This document shows positions 18,994-28,570 of a stretch of 64,000 nt of DNA, in pieces. The stretch comes from Bacteroidota bacterium. Its GTDB lineage: Bacteria > Bacteroidota > Bacteroidia > JABDFU01. The notes beneath the pieces were generated by a model. That model was given only the letters and a program-made list of their open reading frames with translations. It had not been told where the DNA came from and searched no databases. The translations under genes were made by a program, and so were the position numbers. Position 1 is the stretch's first letter. Every line of letters begins with the position of its first letter. The stretch is from the NCBI GenBank assembly GCA_013286655.1, contig JABDFG010000003.1, forward strand, positions 8,906-72,905. Reading direction: 5' to 3'.

Positions 18994-21900
18994 TCACAAT
19001 GAAGCGGGAATGTAAATATCAATCCGAGTGCCCTTATTTAATTTACCTGTTGCGGTAATAACGCCTTTGTGGTTTTCAACAATTCGTTTACAAATAGCAA
19101 GTCCAATACCTGTACCTTTATATTTATCAAACTCGTGAAGGCGTTGGAATACTTCAAAAATCCGATCCTTATACTGTGGGTCGAAACCGATACCGTTGTC
19201 GCTAACAGTTAAGTGACAATAGTTGACTTCAGGTAAGAGATCTTTTATATTTAATATGCTTCCTGATTTAATTTCGCACTTTATCGTTATACGTGGAAAT
19301 CGTTTAGGATATGAAAACTTTAGAGAGTTGCTGATAAGATTTTGTATGATCTGACGGAACTGGAAGCGAATAATGTTTGCATTGCAAAGTCCATCGACTT
19401 TGATAGTTGCTTTTTTTTCTATCAAAGTTTCCTTAAAATCCGCTATAACTTCTTTAACAATTTCAGTGAGAGTTGTGTTTTCGAAATTATGTGCTCCATT
19501 CTTTACACGTGAATAAGCAAGTAAATCTTCAATGAGCATCTGCATTCTTTTAACCGTGTCCATCATTCTATTCAAATAATCCTTCCCTTTTTCTGATAAA
19601 TTTTCCTTTTCATCCCGGATTATAGAATCTGAAAAGTTTTTTATTTTACGTAAAGGTTCCTGCAAATCGTGGCTCGAAATAAAAGTGAATGTTTCCAATT
19701 CCTTATTCATTTTTTCCAGAAAAGTATTCTTTTCTTCAAGAGTTTTATAACTTTCATCCAATTCAGATGTTCGTTCATTGATAATATTTTCCAATCCCTT
19801 TTTTTCTGCTTTCCGTTTGCGTGTACTCTCTGTTATATCGGTAAAAGCAAGCAAAATCAATTGCTCGTTTTGAGATTTCTGTACAATTCGTTTTGCATTG
19901 AGCAACATTGTTTTCTTACCTATTCCGGGAAAAAAATGGGTAATTTCATAATCGTTGAAGTAATTATCTTTTTGAATAATACTTTCCAAAAGTTCGCGCA
20001 GACGTGGAATATCCCATTGGTGATTACCTAATTCATACAACAGATTTCCCTCCGTGTCTTTTTGGAGAACCATGAATTTTTTATAGAACGCTTTATTGGC
20101 TGATTTTATCCGAAGGTCTTTTCCAAGGATGAGAAAGGGCTCATGCATTGTCGCTGCAATGGCAATGGCAAAGTTATAAGTTTCCGTAAGTTGCTCGTTC
20201 CGTGTTTGTAATTCTTCATTTGTAGAAGTAAGCTCTTCATTAGTTGCTTCAATTTCTTCCTTGGAGGTTTCAAGTTCTTCATTCAGGCTCTGAAACTCTT
20301 CATTGGTTGAAACAATTTCTTCATTAGCAGCCTGCAATTCTTCGTAAGCTGTTTCCCTTGCTTCTATAATAGAATGCATTTCGGCATGCGCGCTATTCAA
20401 TTCTTCTGCCAGTTTTTTTATTTTCCGGTTTTTTTCTGTTGAATTATTATTTGAGTCTTTACCATTATGACTATAATCATCCGCAGGCTCCTGTATCGTA
20501 AAAACAATGAGGAGAATCGGCTCCTCCCATTCAATATCAAGAGGATGTACCTGTAAAGTTATTGTCCTCAATGTGGAATCAAAATTCATTTCAATATCCG
20601 ATTTCCTGACAGGCTTCTTTGTTTTAATAGCTTTGTGAATCACGGAACGCAATTCAAAAGCAAATTCAGGGCGTACCATTTTTAAAATATTCAAACTGGC
20701 ATTACCTGAAGAATGCCTTAGAAACAAAGATGTGGAGCCTCTGAATTTAAGAATTTCCATATCCTTATTAATTATGGCACAAGCCGGCACATAATTGGAG
20801 AGAAGAGTGGAATCGATAACATTATCGAGTTCTGTTGAATTAAAGTGTGTGTTTTTCGATGCAACCTTGATATTTTTTGGAGTAATAGCCGTCCGTGGAA
20901 AATGAGGCAGCAGTTCTGGCACCTTACGTAAACCTGCATTTTTTTTCTTGGAGAAAATTGCGAATCTATTATCTACACGTGAAAAAAGCTGAGAAGATGT
21001 TCCGACAGTTTCTGATTGCCCCATCATTAAATATTTCCCCTCATTCAAGGCAAAATAAAAAAGCGCCAGTGCTTTTTTCTGGGCAACCGGGTCAAAATAA
21101 ATAAGAAGATTTCGGCAACTGATTAAATCCAACCGTAAAAAAGGCGGATCACGCAGAACATTGTGCGGAGCAAACACACACATTTCCCTGATCTCTTTAA
21201 CTATTTTGTAGTGATTATTGGTCTTCACAAAAAAGCGCTTAAGACGTTCTTTGCTGACGGGCTTTACATCACTTTGCGAATATTCACCGATTCGGGCATC
21301 ATGTATAGCCTGGTCACTGAGATCAGTGGCGAAAATCTGTATGGGATTTTTTTTGCTTTTATTATCCTGCAATTCAATTATCAGCATAGCAATTGTATAG
21401 ACTTCCTCTCCTGTCGAACAAGCAGGTACCCATATTCGTATTGTTTCTTCGGCTGTTTTGCTTTTAAGAATTCTAGGAAGTATTGTTGTTCTTAAATACG
21501 GGAAAATTTCTTTATCCCTGAAAAATCTGGTTACATTAATAAGTAAGTCCTTGTAAAGTATATCGACCTCCTGACTCTTTTTTAATAACAACCTGGCATA
21601 TCCCTTTAATGTCTTTTCTCCGCATTGAAGCATCCTGTTTTGAATCCTTCTTTTAATGGTAGCTATTTTATACCTTCCGAAATCAACATTTATTTTTTTG
21701 TGCAAGATGTCCAGAACGGTCTTCAAAGCCGGATCACTATCTTCAATGGTCATGTCTTCCACCTCGTTTTTAATCTCTCGCCTCAAAAATCCACTTTTGC
21801 TAAAGCGTATAAATTCACGTGCAATTTCCTGTGGTGATAAAACAAAATCAACCACTCCCGATGCAATAGCAGATTGAGGCATGCTGTGTGCCTGCGCTGA

Positions 21901-22410
21901 ACCATCCTGAGCAAAAGTCATGCCTCCGGCGTCTTTAATTGCCTTTAACCCAATGGTGCCATCATGCAGATTACCTGATAGAATCACACCAATGACATTT
22001 TCTTTATGAGTTAGTGCCAACGAGGAAAAAAGGATATCAATGGAAATGGCATTTCCGTCTTTCGACCGAGGAATCAATTTTATATGACCGTCCATTACCG
22101 TAATTCCTTTATTATAAGGAATTACGTAAACATTATTTGGCTTAATAAGTTCCATATCATCTATCTCCTGAACGTCCATTTTGGTTATTTTCGATAAAAT
22201 GGAAGTGAGATAACTTTTATGATCCTTATTGAGGTGCTGTACAATAATATATGCCATTCCGGTATCATCCGACAAATTTTTCAATAAAGCTGAAACGGCT
22301 TCCAGCCCCCCAGTGGAGGCGCCAATGGCAACCACCGGAAAAGATTTTTTTTGGACCTTATAGGGCGCGTCAGATTGTTTTTTTTGAACAGATGATTTTT
22401 TTCTTGCCAC
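18994..22410 (-). CDS. CheB methylesterase - CheR methyltransferase - PAS - heptad coil - PAS - HisKA/HATPase fusion kinase
   Basis: CheB: FPVVAIGASTGGLEAVSALL. CheR: VTRFFRDKEIFPYL...IWVPACSTGEEVYTIAM...ISCRNLLIYF. Coil: ELQAANEEIVSTNEEFQSLNEELETSKEEIEATNEELTSTNEELQTRNEQL. HisKA: FTFISSHDLQEPLRKIKNF. HATPase: DNGIGFD...GTGIGLAICK. GTG start. Confidence 0.85.
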   Translation of the reverse strand: MARKKSSVQKKQSDAPYKVQKKSFPVVAIGASTGGLEAVSALLKNLSDDTGMAYIIVQHLNKDHKSYLTSILSKITKMDVQEIDDMELIKPNNVYVIPYNKGITVMDGHIKLIPRSKDGNAISIDILFSSLALTHKENVIGVILSGNLHDGTIGLKAIKDAGGMTFAQDGSAQAHSMPQSAIASGVVDFVLSPQEIAREFIRFSKSGFLRREIKNEVEDMTIEDSDPALKTVLDILHKKINVDFGRYKIATIKRRIQNRMLQCGEKTLKGYARLLLKKSQEVDILYKDLLINVTRFFRDKEIFPYLRTTILPRILKSKTAEETIRIWVPACSTGEEVYTIAMLIIELQDNKSKKNPIQIFATDLSDQAIHDARIGEYSQSDVKPVSKERLKRFFVKTNNHYKIVKEIREMCVFAPHNVLRDPPFLRLDLISCRNLLIYFDPVAQKKALALFYFALNEGKYLMMGQSETVGTSSQLFSRVDNRFAIFSKKKNAGLRKVPELLPHFPRTAITPKNIKVASKNTHFNSTELDNVIDSTLLSNYVPACAIINKDMEILKFRGSTSLFLRHSSGNASLNILKMVRPEFAFELRSVIHKAIKTKKPVRKSDIEMNFDSTLRTITLQVHPLDIEWEEPILLIVFTIQEPADDYSHNGKDSNNNSTEKNRKIKKLAEELNSAHAEMHSIIEARETAYEELQAANEEIVSTNEEFQSLNEELETSKEEIEATNEELTSTNEELQTRNEQLTETYNFAIAIAATMHEPFLILGKDLRIKSANKAFYKKFMVLQKDTEGNLLYELGNHQWDIPRLRELLESIIQKDNYFNDYEITHFFPGIGKKTMLLNAKRIVQKSQNEQLILLAFTDITESTRKRKAEKKGLENIINERTSELDESYKTLEEKNTFLEKMNKELETFTFISSHDLQEPLRKIKNFSDSIIRDEKENLSEKGKDYLNRMMDTVKRMQMLIEDLLAYSRVKNGAHNFENTTLTEIVKEVIADFKETLIEKKATIKVDGLCNANIIRFQFRQIIQNLISNSLKFSYPKRFPRITIKCEIKSGSILNIKDLLPEVNYCHLTVSDNGIGFDPQYKDRIFEVFQRLHEFDKYKGTGIGLAICKRIVENHKGVITATGKLNKGTRIDIYIPASL

Positions 22411-22442
22411 AGGCCTGGGTTTTATCGCTTAATGAATAATAC

Positions 22443-22907
22443 TTATACCTCTTGCAAACTGAGAATAAATTTATCTCGTGAAGGCTGTTCAAATTTTTTC
22501 CCCACAATCTTAGTAAGAATATAATTGAGCGTTTTTCTAAGTTCTGTCAAATCTGTCTTTCGAATGTAATAGTATGCTCCGATTTTGTAGAGAATGTCGG
22601 CAATCTGGTCGTCAAGAGAAGTGGAATATATTACTACCGGAAGTTTTTGAAGTTTTTTATTGCTTTTAATTTCTATAAGACATTCATGACCGTTTTTTCG
22701 GGGCATGTTGAGGTCGAGAAAAAGAACATCCGGAAGTTGTTCTGAATTTGCAGAAAGATAATTTATCAGTCGTTCACCATCATTAACAGATTTAAAATGA
22801 GTAGCGATTGGTAATTCCTCTAACGCTTCCTTAAAGAAAAAGCGATCATCTTTGTCATCATCTGCAAGAAGTATATTAAGAATTATATGCTTTTCTTTAG
22901 GTTTCAT
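22443..22907 (-). CDS. stand-alone response-regulator receiver (paralog of 41154 and 42086)
   Basis: ILLADDDKDDRFFFKEAL...VLFLDLNMPRKNGHECLIEIKSNKKLQKLPVVIYSTS, plus the C-terminal motif QPSRDKFILSLQ. Confidence 0.9.
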   Translation of the reverse strand: MKPKEKHIILNILLADDDKDDRFFFKEALEELPIATHFKSVNDGERLINYLSANSEQLPDVLFLDLNMPRKNGHECLIEIKSNKKLQKLPVVIYSTSLDDQIADILYKIGAYYYIRKTDLTELRKTLNYILTKIVGKKFEQPSRDKFILSLQEV

Positions 22908-23143
22908 GGATTAAATTATTTGAAAAAAGTTATAAAATACATTTGGTCTTTTGTCTTTGTATTTAGAAAACATATCCGTTGAAGCCACTTGAAAATCCAA
23001 AGGAGGAAGGGAAATGGGCTGCTTAGAATGAATAAAAAATAAAGACAAAATAACGACCGAAGGTATCATTTATTCCATAGTTTTGGATTTTATTCCGATG
23101 AATGAGGTTTATTCATAGTCTAAATGCATTTCCCCCAAGAAAA

Positions 23144-24514
23144 TTAAAAGGCAATTGCTGCTTCTACCATCCAACCTTCGAATTGCCCTCCTGAGAGTAT
23201 ATTTGTATTTAGATAATTCATATATATCTGGTTAACATATTCTGCTTTCAACATTAAATTTTTGGTAAGAAACCAGCCGACGGAACCTGCTTCGCGTTGG
23301 ATTGTTATGTTTTGGGCAATACCTTGCATTGCTGCTGTAACAGTGTTATATCGGAAACCTACCCAAAAGTTTTGTTTTTCTCTTGGGAATCTGTAAATAA
23401 GATCGGCTGCTAATTGAGTGGCCTGACGTGAGGTGGTTTCTATAATTGTTCTACCGGAAGCTATTTCGTATGTCCCAAAAAACTCCAAGCCTTTGTATTT
23501 CAGGAAAAGATTGCCCATTGTGGTCATTACTTCTTCACTAAAACCCGGATTGTACCTTCCTGAGAAAGGGTTGTAATCATTGGCATCATTGAGTGTCGTA
23601 TTACCCGCTACAGTAGCATTGGACATGACATTGAAATAATGTGATCCGGTACGGTCTCCTCCGAACAGGGTATTACTGTTAGCACTTGCATCAGAATAGA
23701 ATGAACCACTTATTCTGACGCGAAAATCCCTATTTACTTGCCTGTCATAGCCTATCTTGCCATGAAAAGCGGGTGCGTAGCGATTTGTTTTTCCTGTTGC
23801 TGAATCAATTTTTGTTGCAGAGAGAACTGTTGGATCGAGCTCTCCATTTGTTATGCCTCCCATAATAAAAAGTCCGCAATTCGAATGATAGTATATTTCA
23901 CCACCAATTTCGGTGGCAAATTCGTCCATAATGTAGTTATCCATAAAAGGATTAAACAACGTACTTCCTCCGTCTGATCTGCGAAAATGCTGGTCACCGT
24001 AATCCACATCGTATTGACCTATTTTTATGGTGATATTCTTCATTAATTTATCTATAAATTGATTATGAAGGATTGTCAATTTATCGATCTGAACATATCC
24101 CCCCTTTACCCAGGTATCCTCGTGGTGTCTGGATGCAAGGTAAGCCGTCAGGTTTACCCTTATGCCATCGGATAATTGTGCGTCAATATTGAGGTTAGCC
24201 ATTGCCAGATCAAATCCATCTGTAAGGGGGACAAGACTGTTAATATTGCCAATGACTCCGGTTTTTGACATTACCGGTACTGCAGTGTTCTGATCTCGTA
24301 AGGCCTGAAAATCCTGTTCAAAATTCCCTCCGACTTTTACTTTCATTTTTGTGAAGGGAGTGCTGTCTTGTTTGGTTGTTTCAAACATATTTACGCCATC
24401 ACTGTTGTTTGGACGAAAGTATTGCATTTCCTGGTTTTGTGCGTTTGATATAAAACCTCCAACTACCATTATTGCTGTCGTGAACTGCCTGATTTGTTTA
24501 AATGGTTTTTTCAT
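23144..24514 (-). CDS. putative outer-membrane beta-barrel (porin-like) protein
   Basis: Signal peptide, alternating amphipathic beta-strand pattern, aromatic C-terminus (...EAAIAF). The family is not recognised. Confidence 0.45.
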   Translation of the reverse strand: MKKPFKQIRQFTTAIMVVGGFISNAQNQEMQYFRPNNSDGVNMFETTKQDSTPFTKMKVKVGGNFEQDFQALRDQNTAVPVMSKTGVIGNINSLVPLTDGFDLAMANLNIDAQLSDGIRVNLTAYLASRHHEDTWVKGGYVQIDKLTILHNQFIDKLMKNITIKIGQYDVDYGDQHFRRSDGGSTLFNPFMDNYIMDEFATEIGGEIYYHSNCGLFIMGGITNGELDPTVLSATKIDSATGKTNRYAPAFHGKIGYDRQVNRDFRVRISGSFYSDASANSNTLFGGDRTGSHYFNVMSNATVAGNTTLNDANDYNPFSGRYNPGFSEEVMTTMGNLFLKYKGLEFFGTYEIASGRTIIETTSRQATQLAADLIYRFPREKQNFWVGFRYNTVTAAMQGIAQNITIQREAGSVGWFLTKNLMLKAEYVNQIYMNYLNTNILSGGQFEGWMVEAAIAF

Positions 24515-24536
24515 TCTTGTTTTATTTAAAATGTTG

Positions 24537-25142
24537 TTAACTATTACTTGCCGGATTGGTTTTTATTACAAAATTTATTTTAAAGTTGATTGTGATTTCG
24601 TTACCAGTCTTTAGCGTTCCAAAAAGAGCCACCGGGGGATCAATACTATAATCGGTCATTTTTATTGTCTGAGATCCCTCGAATCCCAATTTCCCATTTT
24701 TCTGCATGAATATCTTTACTTGCATGTCAACAGGTTTGCTTGCACCAGCTATACTCAGGTTGCCTTTTGCGGTAATCATTTTATCATTTAATATGGGTTG
24801 AATTGATTTAACAGGTAACGTCAGCGTGAAGATAATTTGCGGATTCACATCCGCTTTCAGGGCTTTATAGGTATTGTTATTCATTATAGAACCCTCGGAG
24901 CTTTTAATGGAGTGAACATCCATTTTTATGTTGATTGCTTCTAAATCAAAACTGCCATCACTATTTTGATTGATAAGGGCATCACCTGATACTATTCCAA
25001 CTTTTTCATTCCAGTTGTGAAGATTGGACGTACCATTAATGCTAACTGTATAATCTTTAGAAAGTGTGTAGGTCCTTTTATCTGAAGCTGTTGCGCAGAT
25101 AAAAAGGATGAAAATTGCGATCAGTGAAGGACATTTGTTCAT
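24537..25142 (-). CDS. YceI-like polyisoprenoid/lipid-binding periplasmic protein
   Basis: Signal peptide. YTVSINGTSNLHNWNEKV and DVHSIKS resemble the YceI family pattern. Confidence 0.7.
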   Translation of the reverse strand: MNKCPSLIAIFILFICATASDKRTYTLSKDYTVSINGTSNLHNWNEKVGIVSGDALINQNSDGSFDLEAINIKMDVHSIKSSEGSIMNNNTYKALKADVNPQIIFTLTLPVKSIQPILNDKMITAKGNLSIAGASKPVDMQVKIFMQKNGKLGFEGSQTIKMTDYSIDPPVALFGTLKTGNEITINFKINFVIKTNPASNS

Positions 25143-25546
25143 GGATTCATTTTTTCGAAAACTAATCCCGCGGTAATACCCTGGGCCAAGGCAAGTGCAA
25201 ACCAGGTGCCCACCATAGTCAGCGATACATTCATCGCGCTATAAATGAGCCACATCATTGGAAATGTAGCAATCAGCGCATATGTTAATCCGAATTCAAT
25301 ACCACGGGTAAGAAACGAACCCGATAGAATACCTTTAAACCGGGACCAAAACCAGGATAGGGCTGAACTTATTATAAAAGGATGTATGTAAAAAAGCATA
25401 ATTCTATCCGACTGCGTATTAAAAGCGGGATCGAAGTATTGCAAGGCAAGACCAGGGAACAGCCAGATAGTTATGTACAATCCGAAAACACTGAAAATTA
25501 ATAATGCCACTCCCGCGACTAACCCTGATACAAATACTTTTTTCAT
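25139..25546 (-). CDS. hypothetical four-helix inner-membrane protein
   Basis: 135 aa with 4 hydrophobic segments. 4-nt overlap with the yceI-like gene and 3-nt gap after the ADH gene. Confidence 0.5.
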   Translation of the reverse strand: MKKVFVSGLVAGVALLIFSVFGLYITIWLFPGLALQYFDPAFNTQSDRIMLFYIHPFIISSALSWFWSRFKGILSGSFLTRGIEFGLTYALIATFPMMWLIYSAMNVSLTMVGTWFALALAQGITAGLVFEKMNP

Positions 25547-25549
25547 GAT

Positions 25550-26587
25550 CTAACTTGTCAGTATCACTTTCAGGGCCTTTTCTTTTGCAGCGTTTCCAAA
25601 TGTATCATACGCCTTAACTATCTCGTCCAGTTTGAAATGGTGAGTAATGAGTTTCTTGGGTTCAAGTTTGCCAGATTGTACAGTTTTAAAAAGCATGGGT
25701 GTGGTTGAGGCGTCCACGAGACGTGTGGTGATTGTAATATTCCGAGACCATAATGTTTCCATGTGCAGGGTTACACTTTTTCCATGAACTCCAATATTCG
25801 CTATATGACCGCCCGCGGCAACAATTTCCTCACACAATTCAAATGTTGCTGTTGCTCCAACCGCTTCGATTGCCGTATCAACTCCTTTTCCATTTGTCAG
25901 GCTCATTATTTTTTCAACTGCATCTTCCTTCGCACTATTGATCGTATGAGTTGCTCCGAAAGTTTTTGAAACTGCGAGGCGATTGTCGTCCTGATCAATC
26001 ATAATTATGTTGGCCGGAGAATAGAATTGAGAGGTTAATAATGCAGCCATACCTATTGGCCCGGAACCTACGATGGCTATTGTATCACCTGGTGATACTT
26101 TTCCATTTAATACACCGCATTCAAAACCTGTGGGTAAAATATCGCTTAACATTACCAGAGCTTCTTCATCAGCACCTGCTGGTATTGGATATAGGCTATT
26201 GTCTGCGTAAGGAATCCTTACATATTCTGCCTGACAACCATCAATTAGGTATCCTAATATCCAGCCACCTTTTTCACAATGGGAGTACATTGCTTTTTTG
26301 CAATATTCACATTTGCCACAAGAGGTGATACAAGAAATAATGACATGATCTCCCTTTTTAAAATTGCTTACAGCACTTCCAACTTCATCTATAATGCCAA
26401 CACCTTCATGCCCAATAATTCTTCCATCTGTAACCTCCGGCAAATCGCCCTTCATTATGTGCAAATCTGTCCCGCAAATTGTTGTTTTCAATATTTTTAC
26501 AACTGCGTCTGTTTGTTCTTTTATAGTAGGTTTTGGTTTTTCTTCCCAGATTTTCTTTCCAGGACCATGGTAAACTAATGCTTTCAT
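25550..26587 (-). CDS. zinc-dependent alcohol dehydrogenase (MDR superfamily)
   Basis: MKALVYHGPG...TTICGTDLHI...GHEGVGIIDEVG...CGKCEYCKK...IAIVGSGPIG. Confidence 0.9.
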   Translation of the reverse strand: MKALVYHGPGKKIWEEKPKPTIKEQTDAVVKILKTTICGTDLHIMKGDLPEVTDGRIIGHEGVGIIDEVGSAVSNFKKGDHVIISCITSCGKCEYCKKAMYSHCEKGGWILGYLIDGCQAEYVRIPYADNSLYPIPAGADEEALVMLSDILPTGFECGVLNGKVSPGDTIAIVGSGPIGMAALLTSQFYSPANIIMIDQDDNRLAVSKTFGATHTINSAKEDAVEKIMSLTNGKGVDTAIEAVGATATFELCEEIVAAGGHIANIGVHGKSVTLHMETLWSRNITITTRLVDASTTPMLFKTVQSGKLEPKKLITHHFKLDEIVKAYDTFGNAAKEKALKVILTS

Positions 26588-26814
26588 TGAATGTGGTTTT
26601 AGTAGTGTGACTAATTATAAATCGGGAAGACAAAGGTTGTATTACATTCTCGTTGGGGAGTTACATAACCGTAAAATTATTTTGCAACATTCACACATTT
26701 TATTGCTGAGAGTAAAGAAACAGTTTGGTTGAAGTTTCTCATATATTTTTATAAATAGCTTTAAATGAGTGCTAAATGGAGTAAAATAATTATATTCGAG
26801 ATTGATCATTTCAC

Positions 26815-27195
26815 ATGAATCCCATTAGAACGAGAACTGCCGAATATTCTTTGCTTGCTGATAACATTATTCTTTGCAGGATACTTGAAAATGTCAATAT
26901 ACAACCAGCTGATATTAAGGAAAACCTCGGAGTAACCCTTCAACTGGCTGACGGAAAGCCTTATGTAGCTTTAGTAGATGGAAGAGGTGAGAGTACTATT
27001 ACCAGGGAAGCAAGGGAGCTTGCTGCGAAACCGGAATCTTACCTATTACAATTAGCCTCGGCCATAGTTGTCAACACAACCAGTAGTCGTCTCATTGTAA
27101 ATTTCATCATCAAATTCTATAAACCGCCTGTGCCGACCAAACTCTTTAGTGATATAGATTTAGCCTTGATTTGGCTTAAAACACGCCTAAAGTAG
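26815..27195 (+). CDS. hypothetical protein, possibly a STAS/SpoIIAA-like fold
   Basis: 126-aa soluble ORF with its own intergenic region. The fold guess rests only on size and the alternating hydrophobic pattern. Confidence 0.3.
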   Translation: MNPIRTRTAEYSLLADNIILCRILENVNIQPADIKENLGVTLQLADGKPYVALVDGRGESTITREARELAAKPESYLLQLASAIVVNTTSSRLIVNFIIKFYKPPVPTKLFSDIDLALIWLKTRLK

Positions 27196-27261
27196 AAATG
27201 AGCTTTTGGGCAGTTCCCAGAGATTTCGCTTGATGGCTTCTGTTGGGAAATAGCCCTTCGC

Positions 27262-28533
27262 TCATAAGATCGTATAAAGCAAATAAACATTGAGCAGGAG
27301 AATAATTGCTGAAACGCTCCAGGCCACTATTTGAAGTGGCTTTTTGTTTGCAAATGGTCCCATCTGGTCTTTATTACTGGTGAAAATGACCAGCGGAATG
27401 ACCGCGAAACTCAATTGCATGGATAGAATAACCTGGCTTAGCACCAACAAATTGGCTGTTCCATGTTCTCCATAAAGCAGGGTGACTATAAATGCCGGTA
27501 CCACAGCGATCATTCGTGTGATAAGCCTGCGTAACCAGGGTTTTAAGCGGATATTCAGAAATCCTTCCATTACGATTTGTCCGGCAAGTGTACCTGTTAA
27601 AGTAGAACTTTGTCCGGAGGCAAGCAGTGCAACTGCAAACAGGACACTTGCTAAAGTGGCGCCCAAAAGGGGCGTCAGTAACTTGTGCGCATCCGTAATA
27701 GTGGCCACTTCCTGGTGGCCGCTTGTATGGAAACTTGCAGAGGCTACGATCAAAATCGCTGCGTTGATGAAAAATGCAAACATCAGTGCGACTACACTGT
27801 CGATATTGGCAAACCGGAGGGCTGTTTTTTTCCCTTCCTGTGTTCTTGGGTAATCCCGTGTTTGTATAATACTTGAATGCAGGTACAAGTTATGAGGCAT
27901 CACGGTGGCGCCAAGGATGCCGATAGAAATATAGAGCATCGAAGGGTTGTTGATAATTTCAGGTTTGGGTAACAGACCGTCTAAGATGGGGAACAATTGA
28001 GGGTGGGATGCGATTATCTCAAAGGTAAAAGTGCCGACGATAATAAGGATGAGAGCCGCCACAATGCTTTCAATGAAACGGAAGCCTTTGTATTGAAAAA
28101 ACAAAATGATCAGCACGTCCAGGGAAGTGAATGCTACGCCCGCTATCAGTGGAAGACCGAACAAGAGGTTCAGTGCGATTGCAGATCCGATCACCTCTGC
28201 AAGATCGCAGGCTGCAATGGCAATCTCGCAAAGTACCCACAGGCAAAAACTGGTAATGGGAGAATAGTGATCTCTGCATGCCTGTGCAAGGTCCCGCTCA
28301 GTAGCTATTCCGAGTTTTAAAGCAAGGTGTTGCAGCAGGATGGCGAAGAGATTGGAAATAAATATTACGGACAATAAGGTATATCCGAATTTAGAACCAC
28401 CGGCTATATCTGTGGCCCAGTTTCCCGGATCCATATATCCGGCGGCAATCATCAGGCCTGGTCCGGAAAAAGCCAGGAACTTTTTCCAAAAACTTCCTTT
28501 CCAGGGAACCTTTACGATCGGGAAATTGTTCAT
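27262..28533 (-). CDS. mntH: Nramp-family divalent metal (Mn2+/Fe2+):H+ symporter
   Basis: GPGLMIAAGYMDPGNWATDIAGGSKFGY and VMPHNLYLHS signatures with ~11 TM helices. The ORF opens at 28569, but ATG 28533 (MNNFPIV) is the more likely start. Confidence 0.9.
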   Translation of the reverse strand: MNNFPIVKVPWKGSFWKKFLAFSGPGLMIAAGYMDPGNWATDIAGGSKFGYTLLSVIFISNLFAILLQHLALKLGIATERDLAQACRDHYSPITSFCLWVLCEIAIAACDLAEVIGSAIALNLLFGLPLIAGVAFTSLDVLIILFFQYKGFRFIESIVAALILIIVGTFTFEIIASHPQLFPILDGLLPKPEIINNPSMLYISIGILGATVMPHNLYLHSSIIQTRDYPRTQEGKKTALRFANIDSVVALMFAFFINAAILIVASASFHTSGHQEVATITDAHKLLTPLLGATLASVLFAVALLASGQSSTLTGTLAGQIVMEGFLNIRLKPWLRRLITRMIAVVPAFIVTLLYGEHGTANLLVLSQVILSMQLSFAVIPLVIFTSNKDQMGPFANKKPLQIVAWSVSAIILLLNVYLLYTIL

Positions 28534-28570
28534 AAGGTGTAAACGTATTAAAATAATATGACATAGCAAA

